Shown: positions 26,761-41,805, counted from the first letter of the stretch. The stretch is DNA of 64,000 nucleotides from Octopus vulgaris (GCA_951406725.2 OX597831.1:45570001-45634000); one strand, 5' to 3'. Numbers and translations are program-made. Notes: generated by a model not told the origin, from the letters alone.

Positions 26761-26973
26761 TATGTGTGAATGTATGTGTATATATCACCCAAGAAGATCT
26801 AAAACAATGCAAAGCCAGAAAGAAAAATGGCGCGATTAAGCTCAAACTTCGATCAAGTGACCACAATAGTACCAACAATAAGCTCGCATGCGCAGAAGGC
26901 AGTGTGAGAATAATAAAGAAATATCATGGCGAAATTGCGGGTCATTTTTGACTTCACCTCGTATATATATATA

Positions 26974-27135
26974 GGCGCAGGAGTGGCTGTGTGGTAAGTA
27001 GCTTCATTACCAACCACATGGTTCCGGGTTCAGTCCCACTGCGTGGCATCTTGGGCAAGTGTCTTCTGCTATAGCCTCGGGCCGACCAATGCCTTGTGAG
27101 TGGATTTGGTAGACGGAAACTGAAAGAAGCCTGTC

Positions 27136-27187
<52 letters not shown>

Positions 27188-27388
27188 CCGTATTTGTCCC
27201 CCTAGCATTGCTTGACAACCAATGCTGGTGTGTTTACGTCCCCGTAACTTAGCGGTTCGGCAACAGAGACCGATAGAATAAGTACTGGGCTTACAAAGAA
27301 CAAGTCCCGGGGTCGATTTGCTCGACTAAAGGCGGTGCTCCAGCATGGCCGCAGTCAAATGACTGAAACAAGTAAAAGAGTAAAGAGT
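26974..27388 (+). mobile_element. SINE family A (right member of the inverted pair)
   Basis: Full-length copy with internal (TA)n. Confidence 0.92.
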
Positions 27389-27426
27389 AATATATTAGAA
27401 GGTTTGGAGATGATGTACAGGTATTA

Positions 27427-27642
27427 TATATTAGAAGAAATGAGGTACTCAGAAATCTGGATGGTTTTATATTTACAGATATTTATTAGTATGTTACTAA
27501 CTAGTTCAATTTGAAGACTTCGCTAGAGTGGATGAAAGCGCTAATATATGTTATATGATTTATAAAAATATGTAACATACTAATAAATATCTGTAAATAT
27601 AAAACCATCCAGATTTCTGAGTACCTCATTTCTTCTAATATA
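27427..27642. repeat. Perfect 71-bp inverted repeat around a 74-bp spacer containing a hammerhead-like motif
   Basis: 27427-27497 is the exact reverse complement of 27572-27642. Confidence 0.92.
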
Positions 27643-27727
27643 CAGACACACACACACACACATGCACACACAGACACACACACACACACACACACACATG
27701 CACACACACACATGCACACACACACAT

Positions 27728-27787
<60 letters not shown>

Positions 27788-28247
27788 GTCCGCCGCTATA
27801 GGCATCGCCGATAAGGCTCCTTTCCTTGCGCCAGAGAGAAAAAATTTGTTTGCTTGTTATCAGTCGTAAGACACTTGTTGTTGTTTTCACCGTTAATGCT
27901 TCTGTATTTCATGTTTCTGTATTCCATTATTTTTTTGTTTTTTTATATTCGTCCCTTTTGCTGTCCTGGTGTCCGTATGCATTCGATCCTTCTTCCAGGA
28001 AATCTACGCTCCCAGCTTAGTTTTTCTAATGCTCGTTGCTTAGTTTTTCTTGGAGGGCTGGCCGTGATCTAGTAATCTCAAGATTAATCAGCCGAAATTA
28101 CTACGATGATCCGGTTCTTGACTGAAGACTGAGGGTTTCGAATGTCCTGTCCGTGTTTATTGTATCGTCTTCTAAGAGTTATACGTTCTTGTCCATGTTG
28201 TATTTTTCTACATACCTTAATATATATATATATGCATATAAACACAC

Positions 28248-28293
<46 letters not shown>

Positions 28294-28614
28294 GTGTATA
28301 TATACATACGAATACAAACATATACACATATACATATATACACATATATACCCACACATATATACACCTACACATAGGCGCACATACATATATGCACACA
28401 CATATACAATCATACATATATATACACACGCCTATACGTATTTTTTTTACGTTTTTACATATCTATATAAACATCTACATAGTACTGTGTGAATATATTC
28501 TTTTCTACTTGAGGCAAAAGGCCCGAAATTTTTGGAGAGGGAGCCAGTCGATTAAATCGACCCCAGTATGCAAACGGTACTTAATTTATCGACCCCGAAA
28601 GGATAAATTATATA

Positions 28615-29305
28615 CGTAACTTTGATTCTCCGGACAGTGTTTGGTTGGTGTTTTCATGTGGATTCAGAATTGTTGTAATAGTAAATTCCGGTAGCTTAAG
28701 TATCGTCTTTTTATGTTCAGTTTTGGTGAAAATATTCATTTTCTGTCTATATTTTTTTTTAAATGGGAATACTTTGAATTTTCTTTTGCCACATTCTTCA
28801 AAACGTTCTCTGCATGCTGTGCTTCTAATTGAGGGGTCATGTACCGTTACTCTCTCATATAATCTAATACCCGTTTTTCCAGTATAGTATTCTTTGCATT
28901 CTGAGAAAGTAGCGCATGAAAACAGGATTCTGCACTTACAATTCATATTTGCATTGATTTTTAAAATATTGTTGTTTTTAAAAGGGATTTGTTCTCCTTC
29001 GTCAATGTATTTGCATGTTCCGCAATGAGGGTCACAACATTTTTTAAACTCTCTTTGCTGCTTCTTTTGTTGTAAATCGTGCTTTTTAGGTTGAGTGCTT
29101 GGTGTTTGCCATATATTATTATTTCTGATTTTGTCATTAGGTTTGTTGAAGAATTAGGAGATATCTTCTTACAGTAATGAGAATGGCTTCTAAGGTCGCT
29201 GTTGATAACAAAGGGGATGTTTATAAGTTCATTTCTATTTTTATGTTCGTTTTCTTCTGGGTTATGTAGTTGGAATGTTATTCGCTTTGATAATAACTGA
29301 ATCAA
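28615..29305 (-). mobile_element. Penelope-like GIY-YIG remnant
   Basis: MNCKCRILFSCATFSECKEYYTGKTGIRLYERVTVH, preceded by a C..C..C..I zinc-linker-like segment in another frame. Confidence 0.85.
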
Positions 29306-29394
29306 TTAGTCTAGTAAAGTATTTTGGGTTTTCTAGAAATATTTTCAATTCTTGTAATACTTTATTCCTTAATGTTTTTTTTTTTCGATTACTA

Positions 29395-29662
29395 TAATGC
29401 AAACTTGTGTTACCAAAGTGAGTACATTGAAGAAGGAGAACAAATCACCTTTAAAAACACCAATGCAAATATGAATTGCAAATCCAGAAACCTGATTTAC
29501 TGTGCCACGTGCCCAGAATGCAAAAAGTACTACAGTGGAAAAACGGGTATTGGATTATATGAGAGAGAAAGGGTACACAAGCAACAAATTCATGACCCCT
29601 GCATTAGAAACACAACATGTGAACATTTTGAAGAATGTGGCAAAATAAAATTCAAGATAGTC
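29395..29662 (+). mobile_element. Penelope-like GIY-YIG remnant, inverted copy of 28770-29040
   Basis: MNCKSRNLIYCATCPECKKYYSGKTGIGLYERERVH, cut off by (AAT)n. Confidence 0.85.
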
Positions 29663-29664
29663 TC

Positions 29665-29732
<68 letters not shown>

Positions 29733-29733
<1 letters not shown>

Positions 29734-30005
29734 GCTTGGGAAGTTAAGCAGTTGTGGTCGATGAAAAAGATAGCAGTAGTACCAATAATTGTCGGAGCCC
29801 TGGCAACAGTGAGCAAAAATCTCCAGAAGTATGTGGAACAAATAGGGATTGCAATATGAGTGGAGCACTTGCAGAAAACAGCACTGCTTGGAACCGCTCG
29901 AATACTCCGGAAGGTGCTCGAAGAATAAGAGGTGTTACCTTAGTTCAATAGTAGTGAACAGCTGACACTGTAGTACATCTCCAGCGTTAGAAGCTGTGCA
30001 AAGGC
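29733..30005 (+). mobile_element. 5'-truncated R4/Dong-like non-LTR element in (AAT)n
   Basis: WEVKQLW...VVPIIVGALATV...LQKTALLGTARILRKVL matches the C-terminus of restriction-like-endonuclease elements. Both flanks are (AAT)n. Confidence 0.85.
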
Positions 30006-31516
<1,511 letters not shown>

Positions 31517-31850
31517 TATTATTATTATTATTATTATTATTGTAAGGTGTGCACAACCTCTTCCCGTTCCGTTACGTAATTAGAAGACACGTTTAAACCA
31601 ATATTAGCCAAAATTGTTTCTATAATTCTTTTAATGGTTGCAGTAATTGAACATTTAATGGCTTCAATCATTGGCACTGACATCACTGGTTTCAATTGAT
31701 CATATCGACCCGGTCTGTCTGCAACTTATTCTATTGAACTATATTTTATCAGGTGGATATATTACCTTTTTCACGCAACGTCATTTTCCTTGTTACCCAC
31801 TGTGCTGTATCAAACATATGGGAGCACACATGCACACACAATCACACACA

Positions 31851-31904
<54 letters not shown>

Positions 31905-32180
31905 GGAGTTCTGCACAGTTTTAACGATTGCCAACCAAAATTCCATTCACAAGATATCGCCGAACGATGCTTCGATAAGAGCAGCCTTTTTAGGTTTACT
32001 GTAAAGGCTTGTGTGCCCTGGCAAACTCAAGGTGTCCTGAGTGTCACACCCTCTATCTATGCCATTATATAATATATCGGGTGTGGCATGTGTATTTATC
32101 AATTATCAAAAAGATTTAGGTATTGGTTAATGAAAACTTTGAGGTTGACTTATATTCATTGACAATATTTAACACATATG

Positions 32181-32740
32181 GGGCGGCGAGTTGACAGAAT
32201 TGTTAGCACGCCGGGCGAAATACTTAGCGGTATTTCGTCTGCCGTTACGTTCTGAGTTCAATTTCCGCCGAGGTCGATTTTGCCTTTCATCCTTTCGGGG
32301 TCAATAAATTAAGTACCAGTTACGCACTGGGGTCGATATAATCGACTTAATCCGTTTGTATGTCTTTGTTTGTCCTCTCTGTGTTTAGCCCCATGGGGGT
32401 AGTAAAGAAATAGGTATTTCGTCTGCCGCTACGTTCTGAGTTCAAATTCTGCCGAGGTCGACTTTGCGTTTCATCCTTTCTGGGTCAATAAATTAAGTAC
32501 CAGTTACGCACTGGGGTCGATATAATCGACTTAATCCGTTTGTCTGTCCTTGTTTATCCCCTCTGTGTTTAGCTCCTTGTGGGCAGTAAAGAAATAGGTA
32601 TTTCATATGCTGTTACGTTCAAATTTCGCCGAGGTTGACTTTGTCTTTCATCTTTCGGGTCGATGTAATCGATTTAATCCCTTTGTTTGTCCTTGTTTGT
32701 CCCCTCTATGTTTAGACCCCTATGGACAATAAATAAATAA
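32181..32740 (+). mobile_element. SINE family B trimer
   Basis: Full head plus two headless units joined by AAAGAAATAGGTATTTC at about 32404 and 32588. Confidence 0.9.
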
Positions 32741-32759
32741 ATATTTAACACATATTTGC

Positions 32760-32964
32760 AGCAGATGTATTTGTGTGATAAGAAGCTTGCTTCCCAACCA
32801 CATAGTTCCGGGTTCAGTCCCACAGTGTGAAACCTTAGGCAAGTGGCTTCTACTATAGCCTCGGGCCTACCAAAGCCTTGTGAGTGGATTTGGTAGACGG
32901 TAAGAAGCCCGTCGTGTGTATATATATAAATATATATACATATGTGTGTGTGTCTTTGTGTGCA

Positions 32965-32995
<31 letters not shown>

Positions 32996-33235
32996 CTGTG
33001 TGTGTGTTTGTGTCTGTGTTTGTTCCCCATCAGCGTTTGACAACCGGTGTTGGTGTGTTTACGTCCCCGTAACAGAGCGGTTCGGCAAAAGAGCCCGATA
33101 GAATAAGTACTAGGCTTAAAACAAAATTAGCCCTGGGGTCGATTTCTTCGACTAAAACTCTTCAAGGCGGTGCTCCAGCATGGCCGTAGTCAAATGACTG
33201 AAACAGGTAAAAGAATAAAAGAATAAAAGAAAAGA
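32760..33235 (+). mobile_element. SINE family A
   Basis: Consensus match with internal (TA)/(TG)n. Confidence 0.88.
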
Positions 33236-33820
33236 ATATTTGCAATTCAAAACGGCCATCCTTTGTTTTCGCCATAGTCTTTAAATCTCTTCTCAATGCT
33301 TTATCACCTCACAATACTTTATAGCAGCCATTTTCAATGCTACAATTTGTTCACATTTTGTTTGGGCCATCATATTTAATTTAGGGTAAACAATCCTTTC
33401 TATTGGGACTTTGTTTACCCTTAATTAAATATGGCGACTGGAAGATTTATACAATATTTGCAACTACTTTTGCGAATAAGATGTTTCAATTTGTTTGAAT
33501 AATGGTTCAGTTGTTACGTTTAAAATAAGGGGTAAATGCACAAGCGGCAACCGGTTGTCCTAAATATCCTTAAATAAGGATGGCCATAACTGAAAGGACT
33601 TTGATTTTGTCTCTTCTTAATGAAGTGTTGACCTAGAGCTAAATAACAATAAATATAGATTGGCAAACTACAAAAATTCGAAGAATATCGAAATATGGAC
33701 TTACGAGTTTTCTTACATTCGGAGATGCAGCCATGTCCCATTTCTCATATCTTCATTGTTTTTGTATCTATTTATTTATTTTTTTATACAGCTATCTGTT
33801 TAAAAACAGCATTTTCACAA

Positions 33821-33860
<40 letters not shown>

Positions 33861-34329
33861 CATACACACACATACATACACAATTGAATTCTGCACAGTT
33901 TTAACGGTTGCCCGTGGTTATGATGATGATGATGATGGTGGTGGTGGTTTTGTTGTTGTTAGTGGTGGTGGTAGTGTGGTGGTGGTGGTGGTGGTGGTGG
34001 TGGTGGTGGTGGTGGTGGTGGTGGTGGTTATACGTGTGTATGTGTGCATGTGTGTGAGTGAGTGGCCCGAATGAATTTATGTATATATGTACGTATGTAT
34101 GCATATAGGAATGCCTGCATGCATGTATGTATGTATGTATGTATGTATGTATGTATGTATGTATGTATGTATGCATGTATGCATGTATGTATGTATGTAT
34201 GTATGTATGTATGTATGTATGTATGAATGAATGAACACGTGTCATATCCTCTTTACAGAATTCTCAGTAAACACTTGGAACAGTTATTTCTAAATCACAA
34301 TAGTTATTAGTCATCATCATTATTATTAT

Positions 34330-34381
<52 letters not shown>

Positions 34382-34500
34382 GGTGGTGGTGGTGGTGGTG
34401 GTGGTGGTGGTGGTGTTGTTGTTATTATTGAGTGAGAGAGCAGCGCATGCCATCAAAGTGGCACTATTATTATTACTATTATTATTATTATTATTATTAT

Positions 34501-34571
<71 letters not shown>

Positions 34572-34796
34572 TCATTATTATTATTACTTTCATTATTACT
34601 AAGGCGGTGAGCTGGCAGAACCGGTTAGTATGCCGGACAAAACGCTTAGCGGCATTTCGCCCGTCCTTACGTTCTGAATTCAAATTCCTCCGAGGTCGAC
34701 TTTGCCTTTCATCTTTTCCGGGCCGATAAATTAAGTTCCAGTGAAATAATGGGGTCGATGCAACCGACTAGTCCCCTCCCTCAGAAGGGATCATTA

Positions 34797-34841
<45 letters not shown>

Positions 34842-34843
<2 letters not shown>

Positions 34844-35210
34844 GAGTGAGAGAGCAGTACATGCCATCAAAATGACACTGGGGCACAAATATACGAAGCT
34901 CAGTATACCCATCATGACTACCCGTCTGATAAGGGTACACCAGGCACATGCATCACAACCATATGTGTGCGACATGGTGATCTCATAACAAGATAAACAG
35001 CGCATGACCTTGCAGGTGGGACCCAGTTAGAATTTTCTTCTGGTTGGGTAACCCATCCCACTCAAAAGGTCCCTGATTAAGGGTTGTTTAAGGATGTTGA
35101 ATGAAACACCCATGTTTCCAGAGGTGAATCATTCAAACCCCAAAGAATCCCTCTCAACACATGGTTATGATGCTCCCCCACTACTTCTACTCGTGATCAG
35201 AGATGCACGT
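34842..35210 (-). mobile_element. (AAT)n-tailed retroelement 3' end
   Basis: Same sequence as 31289-31516, adjoining (TTA)n. Confidence 0.8.
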
Positions 35211-35239
35211 CCTTACTCAAGAGGTGAGTTGGAGGCGCT

Positions 35240-35297
<58 letters not shown>

Positions 35298-35642
35298 GAC
35301 GGGCTTCCACACAACACAGTTCCCGTCTACCGAATCCATTTACATGGCATTGGTTCGGACTGGAGATATAGAAGACTAAACCCGAAACAGCGTGGTTGCA
35401 AAGGGAGCATCTTAATCACACAGCCGGGTCTGCGTGTACCTGCTTGCGTTGGTAAGCCGGTGTGGGTTGAAGTGAAGAGCGCTGTTGTGTATTCACAGTA
35501 GTTTGTCGCGGAGGGATCTCAACTCAGGTATTTTCTGACGGTATAACTATACCTTAGCTAGTGTAATGTACAATGGTCAGAAATTACAAAAATAAGAATT
35601 AACGAAGACTCTTGCCTCTCACAGTATAGAAACATTTTTCAT

Positions 35643-35874
35643 GGCGGCGAGCTGGCAGAAACGTTAGCACGCCGGGCGAAATGCTTAGCAGTATTTCGTC
35701 TGCCGTTACGTTCTGAGTTCAAAATTCCGCCGAGGTCGACTTTGCCTTTCATCCTTTCGGGGTCGATAAATTAAGTACCAGTTACGCACTGGGGTCGATG
35801 TAATCGACTTAATCCCTTTGTCTGTCCTTGTTTGTCCCCTCTATGCTTAGCCCCTTGTAGGCAATAAAGAAATG
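35643..35874 (+). mobile_element. SINE family B monomer with 15-bp TSD
   Basis: TSD AGAAACATTTTTCAT at 35628-35642 and 35875-35889. Confidence 0.93.
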
Positions 35875-35904
35875 AGAAACATTTTTCATGGCAACAACAG
35901 ACAA

Positions 35905-36130
35905 AATGGAAAAGGCATTGCTCCGGAGGAGAGCGAGCAAGATGCACGGGAACGGCTGCTCTGACTCGCGGGCCCTGCACTTGCTGACAGCAGTCTCCAC
36001 CCGGATGGCGTTGAGCAGGGATATGGTCCGAGAGCCAAGAACACCGGAGGTCTTAGCTGCCACAGGCTCGATCATGAACCTGTACCGGAGTTCTGCCGAT
36101 ACCTTGACAGTTTGGCAGTTTGTTTTTCTC
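35905..36130 (-). pseudogene. CRE-like non-LTR element C-terminal remnant
   Basis: RYRFMIEPVAAKTSGVLG...ARESE...LALLRSNAFSIL, similar to the 53600-53945 fragment. Confidence 0.6.
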
Positions 36131-38199
36131 AGCCTGACAAGCATCAGAGCCTGTGCTGGTAGCTGACAACCAGTGGAAAGGATTAGTCAATGAAGATAGA
36201 CAGGATCGGCATAACAACTAAATAAGTTATTTTTCATGTGAATATGAAAGGAATTGCAGCGAGAAGTCCCATGAAGATCTCTTAAAAGCCTTTCCGACAT
36301 CGAGTTTTTGATGACGAAACAGTTTGCTTCTATCTGTTAATAGACGTCTGGGTCGTTAAGAATCAGACACTGTTCCTGTTGTGCAGCTCCTTACATCTAT
36401 CATCCCAGAGACAGCAGACTGGGTGAGAACGATGAGATGAGATTTAAAGAAACGTTGCTCCAATTATACCGTCTCCCTTGTTACAGATCACGTTGGGCTC
36501 TCAGCAATGGTTTATCGTAACAACTATTCCTCCCCAATAATCTAAATTTGCAAACGACTGTGAACGAAATATTGCGCATGTGAGTATTCTTAAGGGGTTT
36601 GTTCATCGTTTTGCTTTCTTTCCTGTCTTTAGTTATGTGCTGCAAATCTTGTAGAGTCGACAATATTTCTTGTTTTCTTCGTGTACCTAGAGTACGATGG
36701 TTGATTATAGTTTAATGTTCTTTGATTTTGCTTGTAAGAAAAAACGTTGGGCATATTTGGTAGGTGCTACTTTTAAACTATTTCTTTGGGACCAGATTGT
36801 TTTGCTGGTTTCTGCAGGAAACGCAGTGGGAGGAGGAGGAGTAGCTGCAGGACTGATGCAGTTGTGTCAGAGCAATAGCGAGGGTGATAACATTGACGTC
36901 ATCTGTCTGTTTTGATCGTCTGTTTTGGGAAACTGATAACGTTGTACTTCCAAATAAAGTAAGAAAGATGACAGATTCTTGCAGTACTCTATTCAGGAAA
37001 CTACAGTTTCTAGCAGCTTTGTTTATTGTAACCTACTTAGGCTTGGCCACCTGAAAGATTTGTTTTCCAACCACTGTTTTGTGATTTTTATTTTTTAAGG
37101 AAGCGTTGAGTACTTAGTTTATAAGTAGGTATAAAAACTTTTCCAATGATGATGATGATAGGATCATACGTACAGGATTTTCGCTGTTGTGGTCATCATT
37201 GGCGTTGCAGTAGTTAAAGTTGTTGAAACTATTGCTATTTTTGAGGAGGATGAGGAAGAAGAAGAAAAGGAAGAAGAAGAGGATAAGGAGCAGCAGGTGG
37301 ATGAGATCATTGGCATATACTCTTTGTATGAGGTTCGTGAGTAATGCCGTGGTGACTATAGTGATCGAAATCCGCTCTGAACAGGAAACTTAAGGAATGT
37401 TTGCTTAATGCTATCATGGCTAAGTCCGTCTAAGATATGGCGAGGGCGTGAATAAGGGAGCTCTGTATCCTTGTAATGTTACTTCAGTATAAAGTTTTTG
37501 TAAAGATTTTTCAATAGTTATAACTTGACCCATTTTCCAGACTCTGATGGGTGATTACAATAATTTAGTCAAGCACCAGATTATTTTATGTGCGGCTCTT
37601 AGTCTTTTGGTTACTTCCCACATTCCCTTTTATTGCTCTTTTTGGTGTAAAGTAAGGAAAAAGAAGAAGAAAAAAAACTAGATCGAGTTGTTTGTCTGAT
37701 TGGAAGATGCTTAGCGTGGGTTGTTAGTTTGGAGACTAATTTTGAAAAGTTTGCTGTATGAAACGTATCCGTTGTTACCAGAGTTTAAGCCCCCCCCCTG
37801 CGTATGTGTGTGTGAGTAGGCCTGTATATCTGTATGTGAGTACGTGTGTGTGTGTGTATGTGTGCGTGTGTGTATGTATGTGTGCGTGCGTAAATGTGTG
37901 TGCAATTGCATGTGTGTGTGTGTGCGAGCAGGTCTTTATATCTGTGTGTAAGTGCGTGTGCGTGCGTATGTGTGCGTGCGTAAGTGTGTGTGCGTGTGTG
38001 TGTGTGTTCAGTATGCAGTGACAGTCTAATTTAGACACTTTTGTTCTTTTCCTCTCCATTAATTTCTCTCCTCATGCTTTGTAGAGGAGCGTACGCTCGA
38101 AACATAAAGATCTTTTCCTTCTATTTTTTCCTGATCGTAAACCTAATACACTCTATTTGTTTTGTTTTTTTTACTTTGATTTAATGTCCTATTCTTGTA

Positions 38200-38281
<82 letters not shown>

Positions 38282-39084
38282 ATATACATACATGCATATC
38301 AAGTCATTTTTGTTTTCTCTTGTAGTTCTGATAAAGTGTATAGTTCGCCGAGGAGGTCTACTAAAACCGAAACATGCCCTGAGTTATCACCCTACTATTA
38401 AAGATCTAATTAATACAATTTATTGAAATTTCGAGATTGTCTCCCCTAGCTTTCTTTCCCAAACCGAATATTTAGCTTATATTTTTCCCTCCTTATCACA
38501 TGAGTAATTTTGATTAATTAGAATTTTCTAATTAACTGATTAAGCCAACTTTTGTAGGCTCCCTTTCCGTATGGAGCAAGCAGTGTTGACCCTAAGAAAG
38601 GGGCTGCTTGGTTATCCAGGCTGCTGCCGAGTGATGCAGTCATCTCTAGGTCAACATCAGGCAACTAAAATCCCGTACCACCTGCATACAGGATTGGAGC
38701 TATGGCTCCCAGTGCCATCATCCATCAGCTGTTTCGCTCAGTTCCCATCGCTGCAGGACTGGAGAAGTGAGTGGGGGTAGGTTGTGGACATGGGCACGTT
38801 CTCAGGCCTTCCACAATGGAGTTACTTATTTTATCGAACCCGAAAGTCGACCCCTATGGTTTTTAAAAACCTGGAGTGCAGTGTGTGCAGTGCTGTATCC
38901 ACCTTTTACACCCGGAGTTCAGCTGCCATGACCTAGCGATCTGGAATGGCGACAGCAAGGTCCCCGAATCGAGATTTTAGAGCAGAGGATCTTCTTCAAG
39001 GCAGATTGCTGTAAAGAGCAGAAAAGGACTGCCTCTCTCCACCCTGCTACTACATGTTAATTAATTCATAGATTGGACCCTGGT

Positions 39085-39450
39085 AAGGGCTATTTTATGG
39101 CAGTGAAACATGGACACTGACAATGAAATTATCAAACGGGCTTGATGGCTACTACACAAAGATACCTAAATGTGAAATGGCAGCAACTTATGACAAATTA
39201 ATGCCGAAAGTTAACGAGATCAGGCAAAAACGACTGCGACAATCTGGTCACTACAAGCGCCACTCTGAACTGGAAGCACCCAAATTAGCCTTGTGGAACC
39301 CACCTCATGGTCATGTAAGAAGAGGTAAACATCGCCACACTTACATTGACAACTTGATCGCAGACACCAGTCTGGAATGTATCTAGGACCTCAAGGCAGT
39401 GATGTCGGGCCGAAAAGTGTGACGAGTAGATTTTGTTGCTGCAGCCTGAG
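39085..39450 (+). pseudogene. RTE-like LINE ORF C-terminal remnant
   Basis: ETWTLT...LDGYYTK...IRQKRLRQSGH..RH...LW.P..G...RG....TYID. Confidence 0.75.
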
Positions 39451-39924
39451 TTGGAACCCGGCCATTAAAACAAACAAAAAGGTGCTACAACTCTGAGTCA
39501 GAATAGAGCTGGTAATAATGGTTTCAAAATTTGGCACAAAGCCAGCAATTTGGGGTGAGGGTGTAAGTCGGTTACATCGACGCCATTGCTCAACTGTTAC
39601 TTATTTTATCGAACCCGAAAGTCGGCCCCTGTGGTTTTTAAAGACCTGGACATAATAGTGACCAAGAGGTAGCTTCGAACTCCTCAAGACCCTGGAACTC
39701 TTGAGCCTACCAGTGGCTTCAGTCTAAAGTCATGCCATAGACATTGATTAATTAAAAGATCTGATATACTACATTGTGTAAATTAGCAACAAGCTCACCA
39801 CTTTTAGGGTTATTGTTGCTAATTACTTTGTAAAATGATAATTTGATTGGGCCATCCATTTTACCAATTAATGAGGGAGACTCGTCCTTAGTTAATTCAA
39901 GGTTAGTAATCCTTTCTATTAAAG

Positions 39925-40120
39925 GCACAAGGCTTGACATTTTAGGGGAGGGGACTAGTCGATTATTTAACCCAGTGTTTCACTGGTACTTAATGTATCG
40001 ACTCCGAAAGGATAAAAAGCAAAGCCGACGGCGCGGAATTTGAACTCAGAATGTTAAGGAGGGCGAAATGCCGCTAAGTATTTTGCCCGGTGTGCTAACG
40101 ATTCTGCCAGCTCGCTGCCT
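39925..40120 (-). mobile_element. SINE family B-related copy
   Basis: GAATTTGAACTCAGAA...GCTAACGATTCTGCCAGCTCGC. Confidence 0.8.
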
Positions 40121-40619
40121 TATTCAAGGTTAATAATGATTAAAGTTAAAATGTGTTTAATCTAGAAAAGGAGAAAATCAAGGTTGTTCTTAATAAAACA
40201 AAAAACTTAAAATTCCAGTCGCATATACGTATTTTGATCTCGATGTGATCTCTTCAGTGTGGTATCGAATTCCAGATTATTTAAGAGAATAAAGACAGAT
40301 AAATATAGTTTTTAGAACCAAGAAGACGTAGTGAGAAATAAAACGTGAAAGGAGTAGGAGAGAGACTGAGGAATTATGTTAATTATGTTAATTATGTTAA
40401 TTATGACAAGGAATTATGTAAGGAAAGCAATAAATGTGCTTACAGGTTTTATTTTTTTTCTTCTTTTTTGTTCGTTTTTCAAATCAGAAAGTTGAAGAGG
40501 GCGAGGAAGAATGAGAGAGAGAGAGAGAGAGTTTATAAAAAGAAAGAATTATCTAGACAGGCAATGAATGATTTTTAGATTTTTTTCAAATTTGAAAGCT
40601 AAAGACGTGGGAGAGAGAT

Positions 40620-40660
<41 letters not shown>

Positions 40661-40671
40661 CAGAGAGAGAC

Positions 40672-40747
<76 letters not shown>

Positions 40748-41517
40748 GGGGCAAAAAGTGAACAGTCAAAGTAAAAATTTTAGAGCACTCAACTCATTTA
40801 TTTTCGCGCCAAAAGGTTTGATGGCGGCCTTTTTTTTGGAAATTGAAATATTTACTGACACTATTTTCGTCCGCCATTCAAACCGTCTTCTTTTTTCAAT
40901 TTCTCTCCCCACCTTTTTATTTTTTTATTTTTATCTTTTGTTAGATCCTATCCTAATCCGGTGCGTGCTTACGTATTATTTCGCTTATTAAAAATCAACA
41001 TAAGCACATTAGATTATGGGAGGAGCCAAAAAGAGTGGTGGATTGGTGAACTTAACTGGAGATAAACAGAACTACGTCCACCAACTCTTGAATTTCGTAT
41101 AGTGCTTGTGTAATCCTTAAACATTCCATTGTCATTTGTGTAAAAACGGGTACAATTTATCCAAATTTCAAACACGATAAACAAGAGTTGTAGGGGAAAA
41201 GCAGCGCTACAAAATAAAGAAAGAAAGAAAATATTTTAATAAATTTTAATTAAAGTAATTGAAAAAAAGTAACGAATTTCTCATAAAGCCCAATATTTTA
41301 CTGATTTTACGCTTTCGTTCAGTTTATTTATTTGTTACTTGTTAAATTTCAGCCGTGTCCAGTGCGTTCTGTTGAAAGTCGTTCATTGTTAGGCTGTCAT
41401 TTTTTTAAAAATTAGGCCACAATATTTTTTTGTAACTCAGTAGGGTATTTCATTTGGGATATTTCTACAATTATTCTGACATTTTTTTTTTATCGCAATC
41501 ACCAACGTAGACATTGC

Positions 41518-41805
41518 AGTGTCTTAAGGCATGGGCACACTGGGCAGTTGCCCGGGGGCCTCATAGTTTGAGGATTCCAATTCTAATCTATGTAAGCTGT
41601 GGTTTGCTGCCAATAAATAAATACCAGAGGGGCCAGTGCATTGGTTTACTCGGAGGTCAGACGGGCTTGGGGACCCACTTCTGATCGGGGGACCCATTTA
41701 TGATCTGGGGACCCACTAATGATGTGGTTTGCTGCTAATAAATAAATACTATAGGACCGGAGCATTGATTTACTCGGGAGCCTATAATGTTGCTAAGATG
41801 GCTCT
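41518..41805. mobile_element. Possible hAT-type MITE with internal direct repeats
   Basis: GTCTTAAGGC.../...CTAAGATGGCTCT ends. TGTGGTTTGCTGC.AATAAATAAATAC occurs twice. Confidence 0.45.

Noticed and set aside
36180-37500. Possible decayed LINE or host exons on the minus strand
   Set aside because: Only faint motif hints and no sustained frame, so not supportable without a homology search.
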